64,000 nucleotides of DNA. Source: Pecten maximus. Taxonomy: Eukaryota. The notes under the pieces are model-generated. The model was not told where the DNA came from. It searched no databases and saw nothing but the letters and a program-made list of their open reading frames with translations. The position numbers were made by a program, and so were the translations under genes. Below, one piece after another: positions 46,307-59,616 of this stretch (position 1 is the stretch's first letter; each line of letters opens with the position of its first letter). The stretch is taken from positions 15,004,001-15,068,000 of the forward strand of contig NC_047031.1 in assembly GCF_902652985.1 (NCBI RefSeq). The letters run 5' to 3'.

Positions 46307-46517
46307 GGAGTAAGTTTTTTTCTTTATAATTCTCATTCACATGCTTGTGTAATCACTTACACCGTACGCTTTTCTGTGATGTTTTCAATTTAATAATTCA
46401 TTTGAGTGGATAGTGTGTACAATACATTACTACTTATTCAATATAAAATGGTAAATAATCTGTTTGTATGTTTTAGGAAGGAAGACGACAAAAGAATTTG
46501 GATTTTCTGATTGTGTG

Positions 46518-46553
<36 letters not shown>

Positions 46554-48922
46554 GGTGATTTATGTGTATACATATATATAATAAGCTTTTCTGTGATGTC
46601 TTTTAATGTGGTAATTCATTTTAGGTGGGTGTATGAGAGTGTATGTATGTGAGTGTATAAGGATGTGTGGGAGGGTGTGTATGAAGGTAAGAGTCTGTGC
46701 CTTTTAATTTACACCAATGATTTTTATACCAATGTTTAATTATATCTTATTGTGATTTTTTTTATACCAATGTTTAATTATCTATCTAATTGTGATTTTT
46801 ATACCAATGTTTAATTATATATTTTGTTGTGATTGATACTTATTCTAATTCTCAGGGAGAACATGTGTGTCCATTTTAGTTACGTGTACCAAATAAATGT
46901 TTTGATTCGTAATCTATGTTTTCTTGTTCTTAATGTTTACTCAACAGTCGAGATTTGTATATGTAGATTCATTGATATATTTTACATACCTTGTGAAGAG
47001 TGAACGTTATCAGTTTCCCTCATTGGGAAACATGTGTTGGATTTGGATGACGCTAGTCTTCATACCTCGGAAGTAAATCAGTGTTTTGAACGGCGCCATG
47101 TTTACGTGTAGAACATGTGGGATGCGGTTAACGTCCTTGACATTGACTTCACGGTGTATTGGTTTTGGACGATGCCACTCTACATACCTCGGGAGGGGGA
47201 TCTGTGTTTTTGGACGATGTTATGTTTATGTGGTATGACTCGTACTGCTTCTCAAAATAGACTGTCTATTTCATAACAAGATCTAGATTCCTTTATGTAT
47301 TTTACATACCTCGCGAAAAGTGAATGTAATCGGTTTCCCTCTGTAACGTCTCGGACGACACCATCCGTGTTTTGGACGACGCCATGTTAACGTCCTTAAT
47401 ACTGACTTCACGGTGTATTGCTTTTGGACGATGCCACTCTACATACCTCAGGAGGGGAATCGGGGTACATGTATGGTTCAACGCTCTCTCGGATAGGCAC
47501 TTGTGTGCTTTCTCAAAATAGACTGTCGATTTCATAACAAGACCAGGACATTACTTTGAAAACGTGGGGCACTTTATTATACATTTTACTGTGCATAGTC
47601 TAGTGATACCCGTTTACACAGGTTAAATAAAAGTTGAAGAAGGTCTCTCAGCAAAATGCTAAGTACGTTTATACAGCATAGCAGTTTCAACTTCCAATTT
47701 CTTATTTATAAACATGCCTCCCCATCATGTATTCAATCATTTAAATATTATTGGTTAACATTATTTTTCCCCTTTAATTCCGTTATTGTCTTGCTATGTT
47801 GACTCCCATCTCCATTTATCATATTTACCGATTGGTATTTATGATTTTACAGGCTTTGGACTGTCTGACATTTATTGTCAGGCTGGATTAGAGTCGTCCG
47901 TCCGTCTGTCTGTCCGACACTCTTGCTAGTTATGTTTAGCTAGCAAGATTTGGACAACTTCCCCGTAAGGAAGGTTGTCCTGTTGTCGGACCTGCTCCAC
48001 CCACTCCCGGGTCTCTTTAACCATAGAAGGGGAAAGCATTTGTTTGCTTTCCACCCTCACAGGCATTAATCTGTCTTCATATTCATATCGAGGACCATTT
48101 ATTTCCTCTCTATGCATGGTGACACATAGTTGTAGCTCTCTATGGAGAGCTGCAACTTTATTTTTTCGAAGAAACAAAGAATTCTCCGAAACCTTTCAAG
48201 AGGTGATGTTTGAACATCCATGATCCCCTTAAAAGTGATTCTACACAAAACTTAACTATCCGAGCAACACTCGACCTTGCAAAACGCACTAATGTATAGT
48301 TTCATTCGATATTGCCTGATCCAATTTCAGGTAATTATCGCTACTTTTTACCAATCTATTTTCTCGGCAGGACAGTGTCGGGAGGTGACGGTATACGTTC
48401 TGTTCGCATCACCTTGTACTGACACGTACATATCAAGACTTCATCTTTATGTTGATGACCACCGAGGTGTGTAATTATTAATATTATCTCGGCACGACAG
48501 TGTCGGGAGGTGACTGTACGTTCTGTTAGATCAACGATCGTGTACTGACACGTACCACCGTGTCAAGACTTCATCTTTATGTTGATGACCACCGAGGTGT
48601 GTATTAATGGTCTTGGGTTACCGTGGTAGCGATCACCGGGGAAAATGATCCGGTTTCATCTCTATTTGAATAGAGTAAAAAACTAACATGTTAACATGCT
48701 AGCTGCTCTTACATGCTAAACTAACCTGTTACATGCTATCAACAACTAACATGTTAACATGCTAGCTGCTCTTACATGCTAAACTAACCTGTTACATGCT
48801 ATCAACAACTAACATGTTAGCATGCATGTTTGAACACGCCTAAAATACTACTACTCTTTGCGTAAGTGTTGTCCCCCTTCCTAGCCCAGGGCATGCGCAT
48901 TAGACTCAATTAGGAAAAAACA

Positions 48923-49857
48923 ATGGCGGTCACCGTAGTGTACCTGCTGTTTCTCACATGTGCAGCTTTTGCTTCAGTTAATGGTGACATCGTTGATGAA
49001 TGCCACATCACACATAATTTGTGTAGGTTACCCGAGTTGCCTAATGGATCTTCGCTCACCCTTCGTAAGTAATAACAATCTTACACTTAAATTGACTTAA
49101 TTGACTTTGATGACCTAACCCGGTTATCGGTATTTATCATAAAAATCTATACATGCCCCTGTGTCAGGATACACGTGTATAAGCTTATATAAGCCTATTA
49201 ACATGAGGAATATATTAAAACAATCTCCATATATTGGTATCTTTAAACATATTACAAGGCAAGCAATGTGCATTAATGAATATTCGTTCGAATTATTGAT
49301 TCATGTTAGATCTATATGTAAAAGTAGCATCAACTGAATGTGACATCATCTTTCAATAAAAGTGTTCTTATTATAGAGCGTCAATGGCCTCATCCTATGA
49401 TGAGAATCTCTGGTTGGAGGTCGACATATAAACTAAGGGTAGATGAGCAGAAAAGACTGCGGAAGATTGTCTTCTTTGGGGCTGGTGTCGATTGTACCAA
49501 CCTCATAATTGACCCTGTCGTGAAGATATTTTTCAACAAGGTCCAGTTTTGTGTAAGAATGTTTTGATATATCATCTAAAAGCATTACAATCAAACTTTA
49601 GACACTATTGTTAGTGATTGATATATATATATATGATAGGAATAACAAATGGAATGTCTATTTTAAAGAAAATATGATCAGTTGATAGAACTCTGACAGA
49701 ATGAAAAGAAAACAAAGTGAAACCCTTATTATAATCATTAACTTTATTAAGACATAATTTGTGAACGAATTTCCATTTGATAATGTAATTAAATTGGTAT
49801 ACATGTTATAGTAATGCATTTTTTTTAATTCTTATTAGATCTCAACAACAACAGCAC
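48923..49857 (+). pseudogene. Copy of GP2
   Basis: Same sequence as 32316-33250. Confidence 0.62.
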
Positions 49858-50806
49858 CCGACTCGCAACATTTCTGCCCTGCAGGTAGGGCGTAAGAATT
49901 GTACCTGCTGCCCCCATTGCATGATTGTAAGAGGCGACTAAACTTGGGATCTTATCTTTTCTCTTCTAATATCGCCGATTTAAACTCACAATTTTTCATA
50001 AATTAGTTGAATTTTTGCCATCTCTTCAGTATGGCGATTTTGCCACTCTAAGTAGACTTTCATAATTATAGAATATCCACACAGGATTTGTGCTATGATG
50101 ATGATGATGTCAATCATTTTGAAGTTTAATATTCAAAGTGGTCAGTTTGTCTTGAGAAATACTTTTATATTATAAGATAGTAGTAGTTAGTTCTTAGTGG
50201 TCATTTTTTGTGTAAACCATTCGAGTCGCCATTTCGATGTTTTAAACGATCCTTTTTGTGGTTGAATTAGAAAAAAAATGTTTTTTTTTTAGACATATAC
50301 TATATATATATATATACACAATACTGACAAGGAAAAAAAACAATAGAAAAAAACCTGTTTTAGTATGGGGGTTACATATCGAAATAGGTCATCAGGATTG
50401 TTAACACGTAAAAAAAAACCAATCTCATTTATGGTTTCTTATATGAATTATCTGATCTACTAAAAAACACTGTTTCTGTATAGGTTACAATGAAACTTAA
50501 AGCACGCTGACTATAGTGAGTTTCTATTCAGACTTATTCATCCGGATCCATTCACCCCGTGTTTATAGATAATAAAATATTAGAGCCTACGAGTTACTTC
50601 CCTTCCATTACATATTTTATATATATATATATATATATAGGTAAAAAAGTGAAAACAAAATCGAGATGGTGGATTGTATTAGCTTTTTGCCTATAATACT
50701 TCCTTTAAAATCAATAATAGTTTCGATTGATATTATTAAAATGGAACGTCGATTTAATTTTCATGCGAGTTTTCTATGTCGATCCCCACAGCCACTTCCG
50801 GTAAAG

Positions 50807-51830
50807 ATGGCTAGCACTATGCTGCATCATGTTCTGCTCGTTATAAGTCTGATAACGTATTGCATGTCTTCACCAATTCCGCTGTCATGGGCTTGCCCGA
50901 TGCAGCAACATGAATCGGAGTCGTCATATTTTGACGCAATTGTTTGTCGGATGGATTGGGCAAGTCTAGTTTTTCTTTGTGTGCCAACTCCCTCCCTAAC
51001 CAGCCTAATCTCATCGTGAAGGGATGGAAACCATACTATCAACTGAATACAGATTGTTCGCCCATTCTCCACCTCACCATCACAATACAGCCGACAAATC
51101 AAGTGAACTTTGAAGGAATTATAGGAACGCTCGTCACCAATTGCCAGGTATATAGCTAGACGATTTATATTACGGGTTTAAGATCCGGTCAGGGTACGAG
51201 TGAAAAAAATTATCATCCTTCGTCGTTTATGTTATATATATCCTACAAGAAATATTTAAACCGAGATTAAATTTCATTCTTATATTTAATGCATATGTAT
51301 ATCCGACCGATACTAAACGTCCACTAAAATGAATTGATATCAATAATATACTGTAAGCAATAATGTGATTGTCTCCCTTTCTATACATGTCGCACGCACG
51401 GGAGGCCGTCCTTAAATGACCTTAGATGTTAATAGGGCGTTAAACAAAATAAACCAAACCAAACCAAACTCCCTTTCTATTATGATATATGTTATTATAA
51501 TGATTCTAGATTACTCTTCACATATACTCGGAATACTGCTTGTATGTATGAATAAATGACACTATTTCGTTGGTTGTACAGTTAACTGCTTCCTCTGAAA
51601 CGACCTCGAACTCCCTTATGAGACAGACCACCTCTAGTGAGCGCAGACAGTGGACCAGCCCTGATAAACGCCCTCGCGGACAGCGGTCCAGCCCTGATTA
51701 ACCTCCTAACGGACAGCGGACCAGTTTGGTAAACGCCCTGACGGACAGTGGACCAGCCCTGATGAACACCCTCACGGACAGCGGACCGCTCATGTTGGTA
51801 CTGTCCAATGGGTAACTTCATTGTATATTG
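50807..51830 (+). pseudogene. GP3 exons 1-2 (50807-51147, 51582-51830) with a 33-bp repeat stalk and start of TM
   Basis: About 5 GGACAG(C/T)GGACCAGCCCTGAT.. units, internal stop and frameshift, ends WVTSLYI G then GTGAGT. Confidence 0.65.
51385..51468 (+). mobile_element. 5'-truncated SINE with (AAACC)n tail and 12-bp target-site duplication
   Basis: CTCCCTTTCTAT at 51373-51384 and 51469-51480; the same insertion is at 34782-34854. Confidence 0.85.
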
Positions 51831-51913
51831 GTGAGTAAAAATGATTATAATAAACTTTTAAAAATATGATTTGTTCTTCATTATTCTGTCAATGAGCATT
51901 GTGACAATAATGT

Positions 51914-52345
51914 TTAATAAAACACAAAGTCGTCAAGTTGCGACTGTTGCTGCTGCAGCTGCTGTTGTTGCGGCAGTTGCTGCTGCTGCTGCTGCTGCTG
52001 CTGTGGTTGCTGTGGTGGTGCTGGTAGTGGTAGTCGAGGGCGCTGATATGGATGCATCCTCTATATAAATACATAGAAAAGGGATGTGACGAAAGGAGAA
52101 TATTTTGTTAAAGTTTTGATGTTGATAGGAGTGCATCCTCTACATAAATATATACAAAAAGGTGTGACGAAAGGAGAACCATTTATGTGTTAAAGAATTG
52201 AAAATTGGGTTTAGTTCAACTTACCACTCCCCGTTCAGATTTCACCTGTGTCAATACAATCGGAGTGTGAGACAATAGCATGATTAATAAGATATAGGAT
52301 TACGGCAGAAATAGATTGGTAAACTTACCACTTCCTGTTCATGAT
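51914..52345 (-). pseudogene. 3' exons of another PC4-like gene (orphaned)
   Basis: Phase-0 exons ending at 52329, 52245-52225 (VKSERGV), 52060-51914 (RMHPYQRP..polyQ..LDDFVFY*). Confidence 0.6.
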
Positions 52346-52374
52346 ATAATATGCTGGCTGTTTTATGATTTCAG

Positions 52375-52583
52375 AGCATGATCATGGCATGGCATTGCAG
52401 GAAATATCAACCATCCAGGTGCCACCAATGGCTGAACCCACTCCATCAGCGGCTAGTCCTGTAGAGCCTGTAGGTGGACTATTAAGGACCGACCCTATAG
52501 GGGCATTGTTGAGAGGGTCGGAAGATAGTCTCTTTGACTTCAGCCCCTACAGGAGGCAGACACAAAAGAAGAAACTATCTTAG
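52375..52583 (+). CDS. Orphan terminal exon ending QKKKLS*, probably a GP-family cytoplasmic tail
   Basis: TTTTATGATTTCAG acceptor, phase 1, Pro/Ser/Glu-rich. Confidence 0.5.
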
Positions 52584-52977
52584 AAAGTCGCATATATAAA
52601 TCATTGTATCACAAAGTTATTTTCTTTTCTAAATTATAATGCTTATTTTCTATAAATTGTTTTTATAAACATATACCATTACATTTCCAGTCTAATGATG
52701 GAAATATTAACTTTCATTTGTTTTGGATAATTTAATCCTAACATTCCTAACAATCTTATGCAAATCATTACTGGTATAAACCGGTTTTCTTATATCGGTG
52801 ACTTTAAAGATATTATAAAAGTATTTGTATACATGTGATCATCTATCCATAACGTGTTCAGGTCAATGTCTCATTTCATTGTATCATAAAGTTGCTTTCT
52901 AAATTACAATGCTTTTTTTTCTATAAATTGTTTTTATAGACATATACCATTACATTTCCAGTCTAATGATGGAAATA

Positions 52978-53403
52978 TTAACTTTCATTTGTTTTTGATA
53001 AGTTAAATCCCAACATTCCTAACAATTTTATTCTAGAAGTAAAATTGAAAAGGATTACACTGATACTGTTAATACAAACAACTTGAATAGTAATTAAGGA
53101 TGGTTTCTTACCTAAGTCCGAAATGTCAGACAAGCGCTCAAAATCCTCACCACCATATTCCATACTATATGGTGGTGGGTTCATAAACGTATTTCTTTGC
53201 TTGAGGATGGTTAGATCTGTTAGAGTCATCCCTAGCTCAGTGTCTATGTTGAGTAATCGCCGATTTAAACTCACAATTTTTTCATAAATTAGTTGAATTT
53301 TTGCCATCTCTTCAGTATGGCGATTTTGCCACTCTAAGTAGACTTTCATAATTATAGAATATCCACACAGGATTTGTGCTATGATGATGATGATGTCAAT
53401 CAT
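52978..53403 (-). CDS. Small membrane protein: N-terminal TM, coiled coil, PPPY motif
   Basis: MIDIIIIIAQILCGYSIIM, heptad-like segment, MNPPPYS; TATAAAA about 45 nt upstream. Confidence 0.65.
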   Translation of the reverse strand: MIDIIIIIAQILCGYSIIMKVYLEWQNRHTEEMAKIQLIYEKIVSLNRRLLNIDTELGMTLTDLTILKQRNTFMNPPPYSMEYGGEDFERLSDISDLGKKPSLITIQVVCINSISVILFNFTSRIKLLGMLGFNLSKTNES

Positions 53404-55104
53404 TTTGAAGTTTAATATTCAAAGTGGTCAGTTTGTCTTGAGAAATACTTTTATATTATAAGATAGTAGTAGTTAGTTCTTAGTGGTCATTTTTTGTGTA
53501 AACCATTCGAGTCGCCATTTCGATGTTTTAAACGATCTTTCTTGTGGTTGAATTAGAAAAAAAATGTTTTTTTTAGACATATACTATATATATATACACA
53601 CAATACTGACAAGGAAAAAAAACAATAGAAAAAAACCTGTTTTAGTATGGGGGTAACATATCGAAATAGGTCATCAGGATTCCAGAACGGGTGACTAATT
53701 ACTTACCATACGAACGCGAACTGGACATGTCTGGAATTCTTTTTCCCGTAAAGATATCACAGATAGAAAAGTTTGAAAGACAAAATGATATTTCTGTGAA
53801 TGTGCTTGGATATGAGGATAAGGATATTTTCCCGATGTATGTTACGAAATTGCGGCAAGTACGTCACCATGTACATTTATTGTATTTAAAACAGGGTGAG
53901 CAAAAAGTCATTATTGTCTCATTAGTAACGTAGATACGTTTTTATCTACAACAAAAAAAGACGCATCATAAGACCTATTTTTGTGATTATTGTCAAGGGT
54001 TTACCAGAAATGACCTCTTAGAAAATCACATTGAACAATGTTCAAAACACGACCCACAACATGTAAAACTTCCAGAAGAAGGTGAAAATATACTGGAGTT
54101 TGACAATTTTGCAAAACAGTTAAAAGTTCCATTTGTTATATATGCAGATTTTGAAACTTTTGCTAAGAGAATGGATACATGTTTACCCAATCCGAAAACC
54201 TCGAGTACAACTCGAAATACAAAATTTGAACCCTCGGGTTTGGATATCAAGTCGTCAGCATAGACGAAAAGTATACAAAATCTCCCGTTATTTATCGCGG
54301 ACCGAATGTGAGTAAAACGTTTCTGGAAAGTATAGTAAAGGAAGAAAAGGAAATCATGAGCATTTTAAAGCATGTAGAACCTTTAGTAATGTCTCCAGAG
54401 AACGAGCAAGAGTTTCAAAATAGCACAAAATGTCATATATGTGATTGCATTTTTACAAAAAATGTCACTATAGTCAGAGATCATTGTCATTTGACAGGTA
54501 AATATAGAGGTGCCAGCTGTCAAGGTTGTAATCTCAATTTTCAGTACCCCTCATTTGTCCCTGTCGTGTTCCACAATCTAAAAGGGTTCGACGTTCACAT
54601 ACTCTGCGAAAGTATAGGTTTATTTAAAGATCAGGATATCAACTGTATTCCCAATAACATGGAGAAATACATTTCCTTCAGTTTGGGAAACCTACGTTTT
54701 ATAGATTCTTTTAAATTCATGTCTCAGAGTCTAGAATCACTAGTCAGCAATCAAGCTCAGCAAGGATTAGCACCAATTAAACATTTAGCTAACGAATTCT
54801 CTGTGGAGCATGCGCACCTTCTCTTGAGAAAGGGGGTTTACCCTTATGAATATGTAAACAACGCATGTAGATTTAGTGAAACATCTTTACCTCCAAAGTC
54901 TGCATTTTACAGTCAACTAAGCAAATCAAACATTGCGGTTGAAGATTATGAGCATGCGCAGAATGTTTGGAATATATTACAAATGAAGGATTTGGGTGAA
55001 TATCACGATCTCTATTTAAAGACGGACGTTCTACTCTTGGCGGATGTATTTGAAATTTTTAGAACCATGTGCTTGAACTATTACAAGCTAGATCCATCTC
55101 ATTT

Positions 55105-57212
55105 TTAGCTCATCCTGCCCGAAGGGCAAGTGAGCTTATGCCGTGGCGCGGCGTCCGTCGTCCGTCCGTCCGTCCGGCGTCAACTTTCCATTCAAGCAAC
55201 TTCTTCTCAATAACCAAAAGGCCTAGAGACCTAATATTGGGCCTGTAGCATGCTGGGGTGAAGGGCTACCAAGTTTGTTCAAATGAATAACGTTGACCTT
55301 CATTCAAGGTCACAGGGGTCAAAAAGGCTAAAATCTTTAAACAACTTCTTCTCAATAACCAAGAGTCTCAGGGAGTTGATATTGGGTCTGTAGCATGCTG
55401 GGGTAAAGGGCTACCAAGTTTGTTCAAATGAATGACCTTGACTTTCATTCAAGGTCACAGGAGTCAAATATGCTAAAAAAAAATTAGACGACTTCTTCTA
55501 AATAGCCAAAAGACCCAGGGACTTGATATTGGGTCTGTAGCATGCTGGGGTGAAGGGCTACCAAGTTTGTTCAAATGAATGACCTTGACTTTCATTCAAG
55601 GTCACAGGAGTCAAAAAGGCTAAAATCTTTAAACGACTTCTTCTCAATAACCAAGAGTCCCAGGGACTTGATATTGGGTCTGTAGCATGCTGGGGTGAAG
55701 GGCTACCAAGTTTGTTCAAATGAATGACCTTGACCTTCATTCAAGGTCACAGGAGTCAAAAAGGCTAAAATCTTTTAACGACTTCTTCTCAATAACCAAG
55801 AGTCCCAGGGACTTGATATTGGGCCTGTAGCATGCTGGGGTGAAGGGCTACCAAGTTTGTTCAAATGAATGACCTTGACCTTCATTCAAGGTCACAGGAG
55901 TCAAAAAGGCTAAAATCTTTAAACGACTTCTTCTCAATAACCAAGAGTCCCAGGGAGTTGGTATTGGGTCTGTAGCATGCTCGGGTGAAGGGCTACCAAG
56001 TTTGTTCAAATGAATGACCTTGACTTTCATTCAAGGTCACAGGGATCAAAAAGGCTAAAATCTTTAAACGACTTCTTCTCAATAACCAAGAGTCCCAGGG
56101 AGTTGATATTGGGTCTGTAGCATGCTGGGGTGAAGGGCTACCTAGTTTGTTCAAATGAATGGCCTTGACCTTCATTCAAGGTCACAGGGGCCAAAAAGGC
56201 TAAAATCTTTAAACGACTTCTTCTCGATAACCAACAGTCCCAGAGACCTAATATTTGGCCTGTAGCATGCTGGGGTAAAGGGCTACCAAGTTTGTTCAAA
56301 TGAATGACCTTGACTTTCATTCAAGGTCACAGGAGTCAAAAAGGCTAAAATCTTTAAACGACTTCTTCTCAATAACCAAGAGTCCCAGAGACCTAATATT
56401 TGGCCTGTAGCATGCTGGGGTGAAGGGCTACCAAGTTTGTTCAAATGAATGACCTTGACTTTCATTCAAGGTCACAGGAGTCAAAAAGGCTAAAATCTTT
56501 AAACGACTTCTTCTCAATAACCAGGAGTCTCAGGGAGTTGATATTGGGTCTGTAGCATGCTGGGGTAAAGGGCTACCAATTTTGTTCAAATGAATGACCT
56601 TGACCTTCATTCAAGGTCACAGGGGTCAAAAAGGCTAAAATCTTTAAACAACTTCTCAATAACCAAGAGTCCCAGGGAGTTGATATTGGGTCTGTAGCAT
56701 GCTGGAGTGAAGGGCTACCAAGTTTGTTCAAATGAATGACCTTGACCTTCATTCAAGGTCACAGGGGCCAAAAAGGCTAAAATCTTTAAACGACTTCTCG
56801 ATAACCAACAGTCCCAGAGACCTAATATTTGGCCTGTAGCATGCTGGGGTGAAGGGCTACCAAGTTTGTTCAAATGAATGACCCTGACTTTCATTCAAGG
56901 TCACAGGGGTCAAAAGGCTAAAATCTTAAAACGACTTCTTCTCAATAACCAAGAGTCCCAGGGAGTTGATATTGGGACTGTAGCATGCTGCGGTAAAGGG
57001 CTACCAAGTTTGTTCAAATGAATGACCTTGACTCACATTCAAGGTCACGTCGATCAAGTATGCTTAAATCTTTAAATGACTTTTAGTGAAAAGCCAAAGT
57101 GCAGAGAGACATTATATTGGTCCTGTAGCATGCTTTCAAATAACTGCAGGATCCATATATGAAAAGATCACTGCATTACAGGTGAGCGATTTGGGCCCAT
57201 TGGGCCCTTGTT
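55105..57212 (+). mobile_element. Non-autonomous Helentron-type element (HINE/DINE-like)
   Basis: TTAGCTCA..TGAGCT 5' inverted repeat, (GTCC)n, central tandem array, CAGGTGAGC subterminal repeat, GGGCCCATTGGGCCC palindrome, inserted in a T-run. Confidence 0.85.
55195..57050. repeat. 145-bp tandem array, about 13 copies
   Basis: Period visible directly and in ORFs spaced 145 bp apart. Confidence 0.95.
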
Positions 57213-58703
57213 ATACAAGCCCCGGACTTGCATGGAGTGCCGCTCTAAAAATGACCGGAGTAAGTTTAGAACTACTGACAGATCCGGACATGTATTTATT
57301 TTTTGAGAGTGGGTTACGAGGTGGTGTGTCTATGATATCAAACAAATACTCAAAGGCTAACAATCCCTATGTACCAGAAACGTTTGATTCCTCAAAACCT
57401 AACAAATACATCATCTATACAGATTGTAACAATCTGTACGGTAAGGCCATGGCTGAACCGCTACCTATGGGGGATTTTCAGTGGGTTGACGATGTGGAAC
57501 ATTTCAATGTTAAAAACGTACCTAAGGATGGAGATACGGGGTATGTATTAGAAGTTGACCTAGAATACCCTCCAGATTTACATGACCTCCGTTCAGACTA
57601 TCCGCTCGCTCCAGAAACAAAAGTCATTTCTGACGATATGCTATCCCCCTTAGCAAAGAATTATGGAAAGAATTACATCCTAGCCCCAAACATATCAACA
57701 ACAAACTGTATGGACGCACTGCCACACCTAAACTTGTACCCACATTAGAAAACAAGACAAAATATATCTGTCATTATAGAAATTTACAACTGTATTTAGA
57801 GCTTGGTATGAAAGTAACCAAGATTCACAGAATTCTACAATTTAGACAACATCCCTGGTTGAAGAAATATATCGATTTGAATAGTCAAAAAAGAAGGGAA
57901 ACGACTTCCGAATTTGAAAAGGATTTCTTTAAATTAATGAACAATTCGGTGTTTGTTAAAACAATGGAGAACGTGCGTAACCGAGTCAACATAAAACTCT
58001 CTCACACAGAAAAAAAAATGAAAAAGTACGCGGCAAAGCCGTCTTTTCAAAGATTTAAAATATTCAACGAGGATTTAGTGGGAATAGAAAACAGTAAAAT
58101 CAAACTAATACTCAACAAACCTGTATATGTGGGTCAATGTATTTTAGACATCTCTAAATCATGTACGATTTCCATTACAACCACATGCTGTCTAAATATC
58201 AGAATATACGTTTGCTTATGACTGACACAGATAGTTTGATGTATGAAATCTCCGATGTTACAGACTTGTATCAAACACTACAAGAAGACAAGCACCTGTT
58301 CGATCTATCCAATTATCCCACCAATCACCCGATCTATGACGTTACAAACAAAAAAATACCGGGAAAGTTTAAAGACGAACTGGGTGGGAATATTTTACAA
58401 GAATTTGTTGGACTGAGACCTAAAATGTATTCCTATGCATACAATCATGGCTCTGACGGGGCAATGAAATCGAAGCAGATAGCTAAGGGTATCAATAAAA
58501 GCACCATAGTGCACGATTTACGTCACGAGATGTATCGAGAATGTTTGTTTGGTTCTAAAACTATTATGTGTGACATGAAATCCATCTGAAGTGACAGACA
58601 CAACTTCCATGTATACACCATAAGAAAAGCCGGTCTTTGTAGTTTTGTCGACAAACGTTACATAATCCATGGTGGTGAAACATATGATGTACATCATCTT
58701 GAA

Positions 58704-58922
58704 CTTTAATTATAGTTGAATGCTTACCGAAATGTCGAAATGTAAGCTTTTTAATTATCTGTTGTACATCTATAGTTAAATGATCGTCGAAATGTAAGCT
58801 TTTTAATTATCTGTTGTACATCTATAGTTAAATGCTTACCGAAATGTCGAAATGTAAACTTTTTAATTATCTGCTGAACATCTATAGTTAAATGCTTGCC
58901 GAAATGTCGAAATACAAGTTTT
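58704..58922. repeat. About 50-60-bp degenerate tandem repeat after PolB of copy C
   Basis: TTTTAATTATCTGTTGTACATCTATAGTTAAATGCTTACCGAAATGTCGAAATGTAA units. Confidence 0.88.
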
Positions 58923-59075
58923 TATTACATCATGTCGAAAAGTTGAAATATTAGCGTAAGAGTTACTTCTCTTACATCGTCGGCACGATTTCAATGCATA
59001 TTTTAGATAGAAATACATTGTATATATTTTCTACATTGTAATAAAATTGTATCCTATATTATGTTTTACGTCTTA

Positions 59076-59436
59076 TTAATTATCTCTACTGTTGATTATA
59101 TCTATTACATATTCTGGATCTTCAATATATCTACAAAATATTCCTTCTACAAAGACGTACATAGTATGTCTATGAATATAATTTGACATAATTCTCGAAA
59201 CCCGCCCCCATTTCAAACTTATGATTGTATCACGGTAAAACAGATGTTCGTTTTCTGAATTTAGGATACTTAATTTTGATTCCTTTAATTAACATTTTAA
59301 AAATATACCTCTTACATATATTTATACTATCACACCTAAATATGAATCCTATTGTTGATAAATGTGTAGGTATATATTCCATATCCCTCCTGAGTAAGCG
59401 TCCCGTACTATCTAATATACACTTGATTTGATACAT
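59076..59436 (-). pseudogene. Homologue of the 120-aa protein, frameshift near 59240
   Basis: Continues FYRDTIISLKWGRVSR..HRH..INSRDN*, matching FFVDSVVELKYGRVRS..RHR..ECREN. Confidence 0.78.
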
Positions 59437-59616
59437 TTCGTTTTTATTCTACCTATACGGTATGTCAGACTATTTATTTAAAAAAACGATGAAAATTATT
59501 CTGAATAACACTTGTTAAGTTCAAGCAGTTGCTTTTCAAATCAAATAAAAATTATTCTAAATATCAATTATTATGTTTAAAAGGAGGTTACATACCGTAT
59601 AGATAGAACTAAACAT

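Larger units (their letters stand above)
35378..51457 (+). repeat. Near-identical second copy (B2) of 18858-34854
   Basis: Same sequence at an offset of about 16.5-16.6 kb; many 1-bp indels near the gap. Confidence 0.97.
53682..58709 (+). pseudogene. polB: pPolB of diverged Polinton copy C (5' truncated, frameshifts, interrupted)
   Basis: YADFE, DHCHLTG, YTDCNNLYG, KLMNNSVF, MTDTDS motifs in successive frames. Confidence 0.93.

Noticed and set aside
55558-56465. Five similar 60-aa ORFs, and a possible CRISPR-like array
   Set aside because: Products of a contiguous 145-bp satellite; no unique spacers, no cas genes, eukaryotic context
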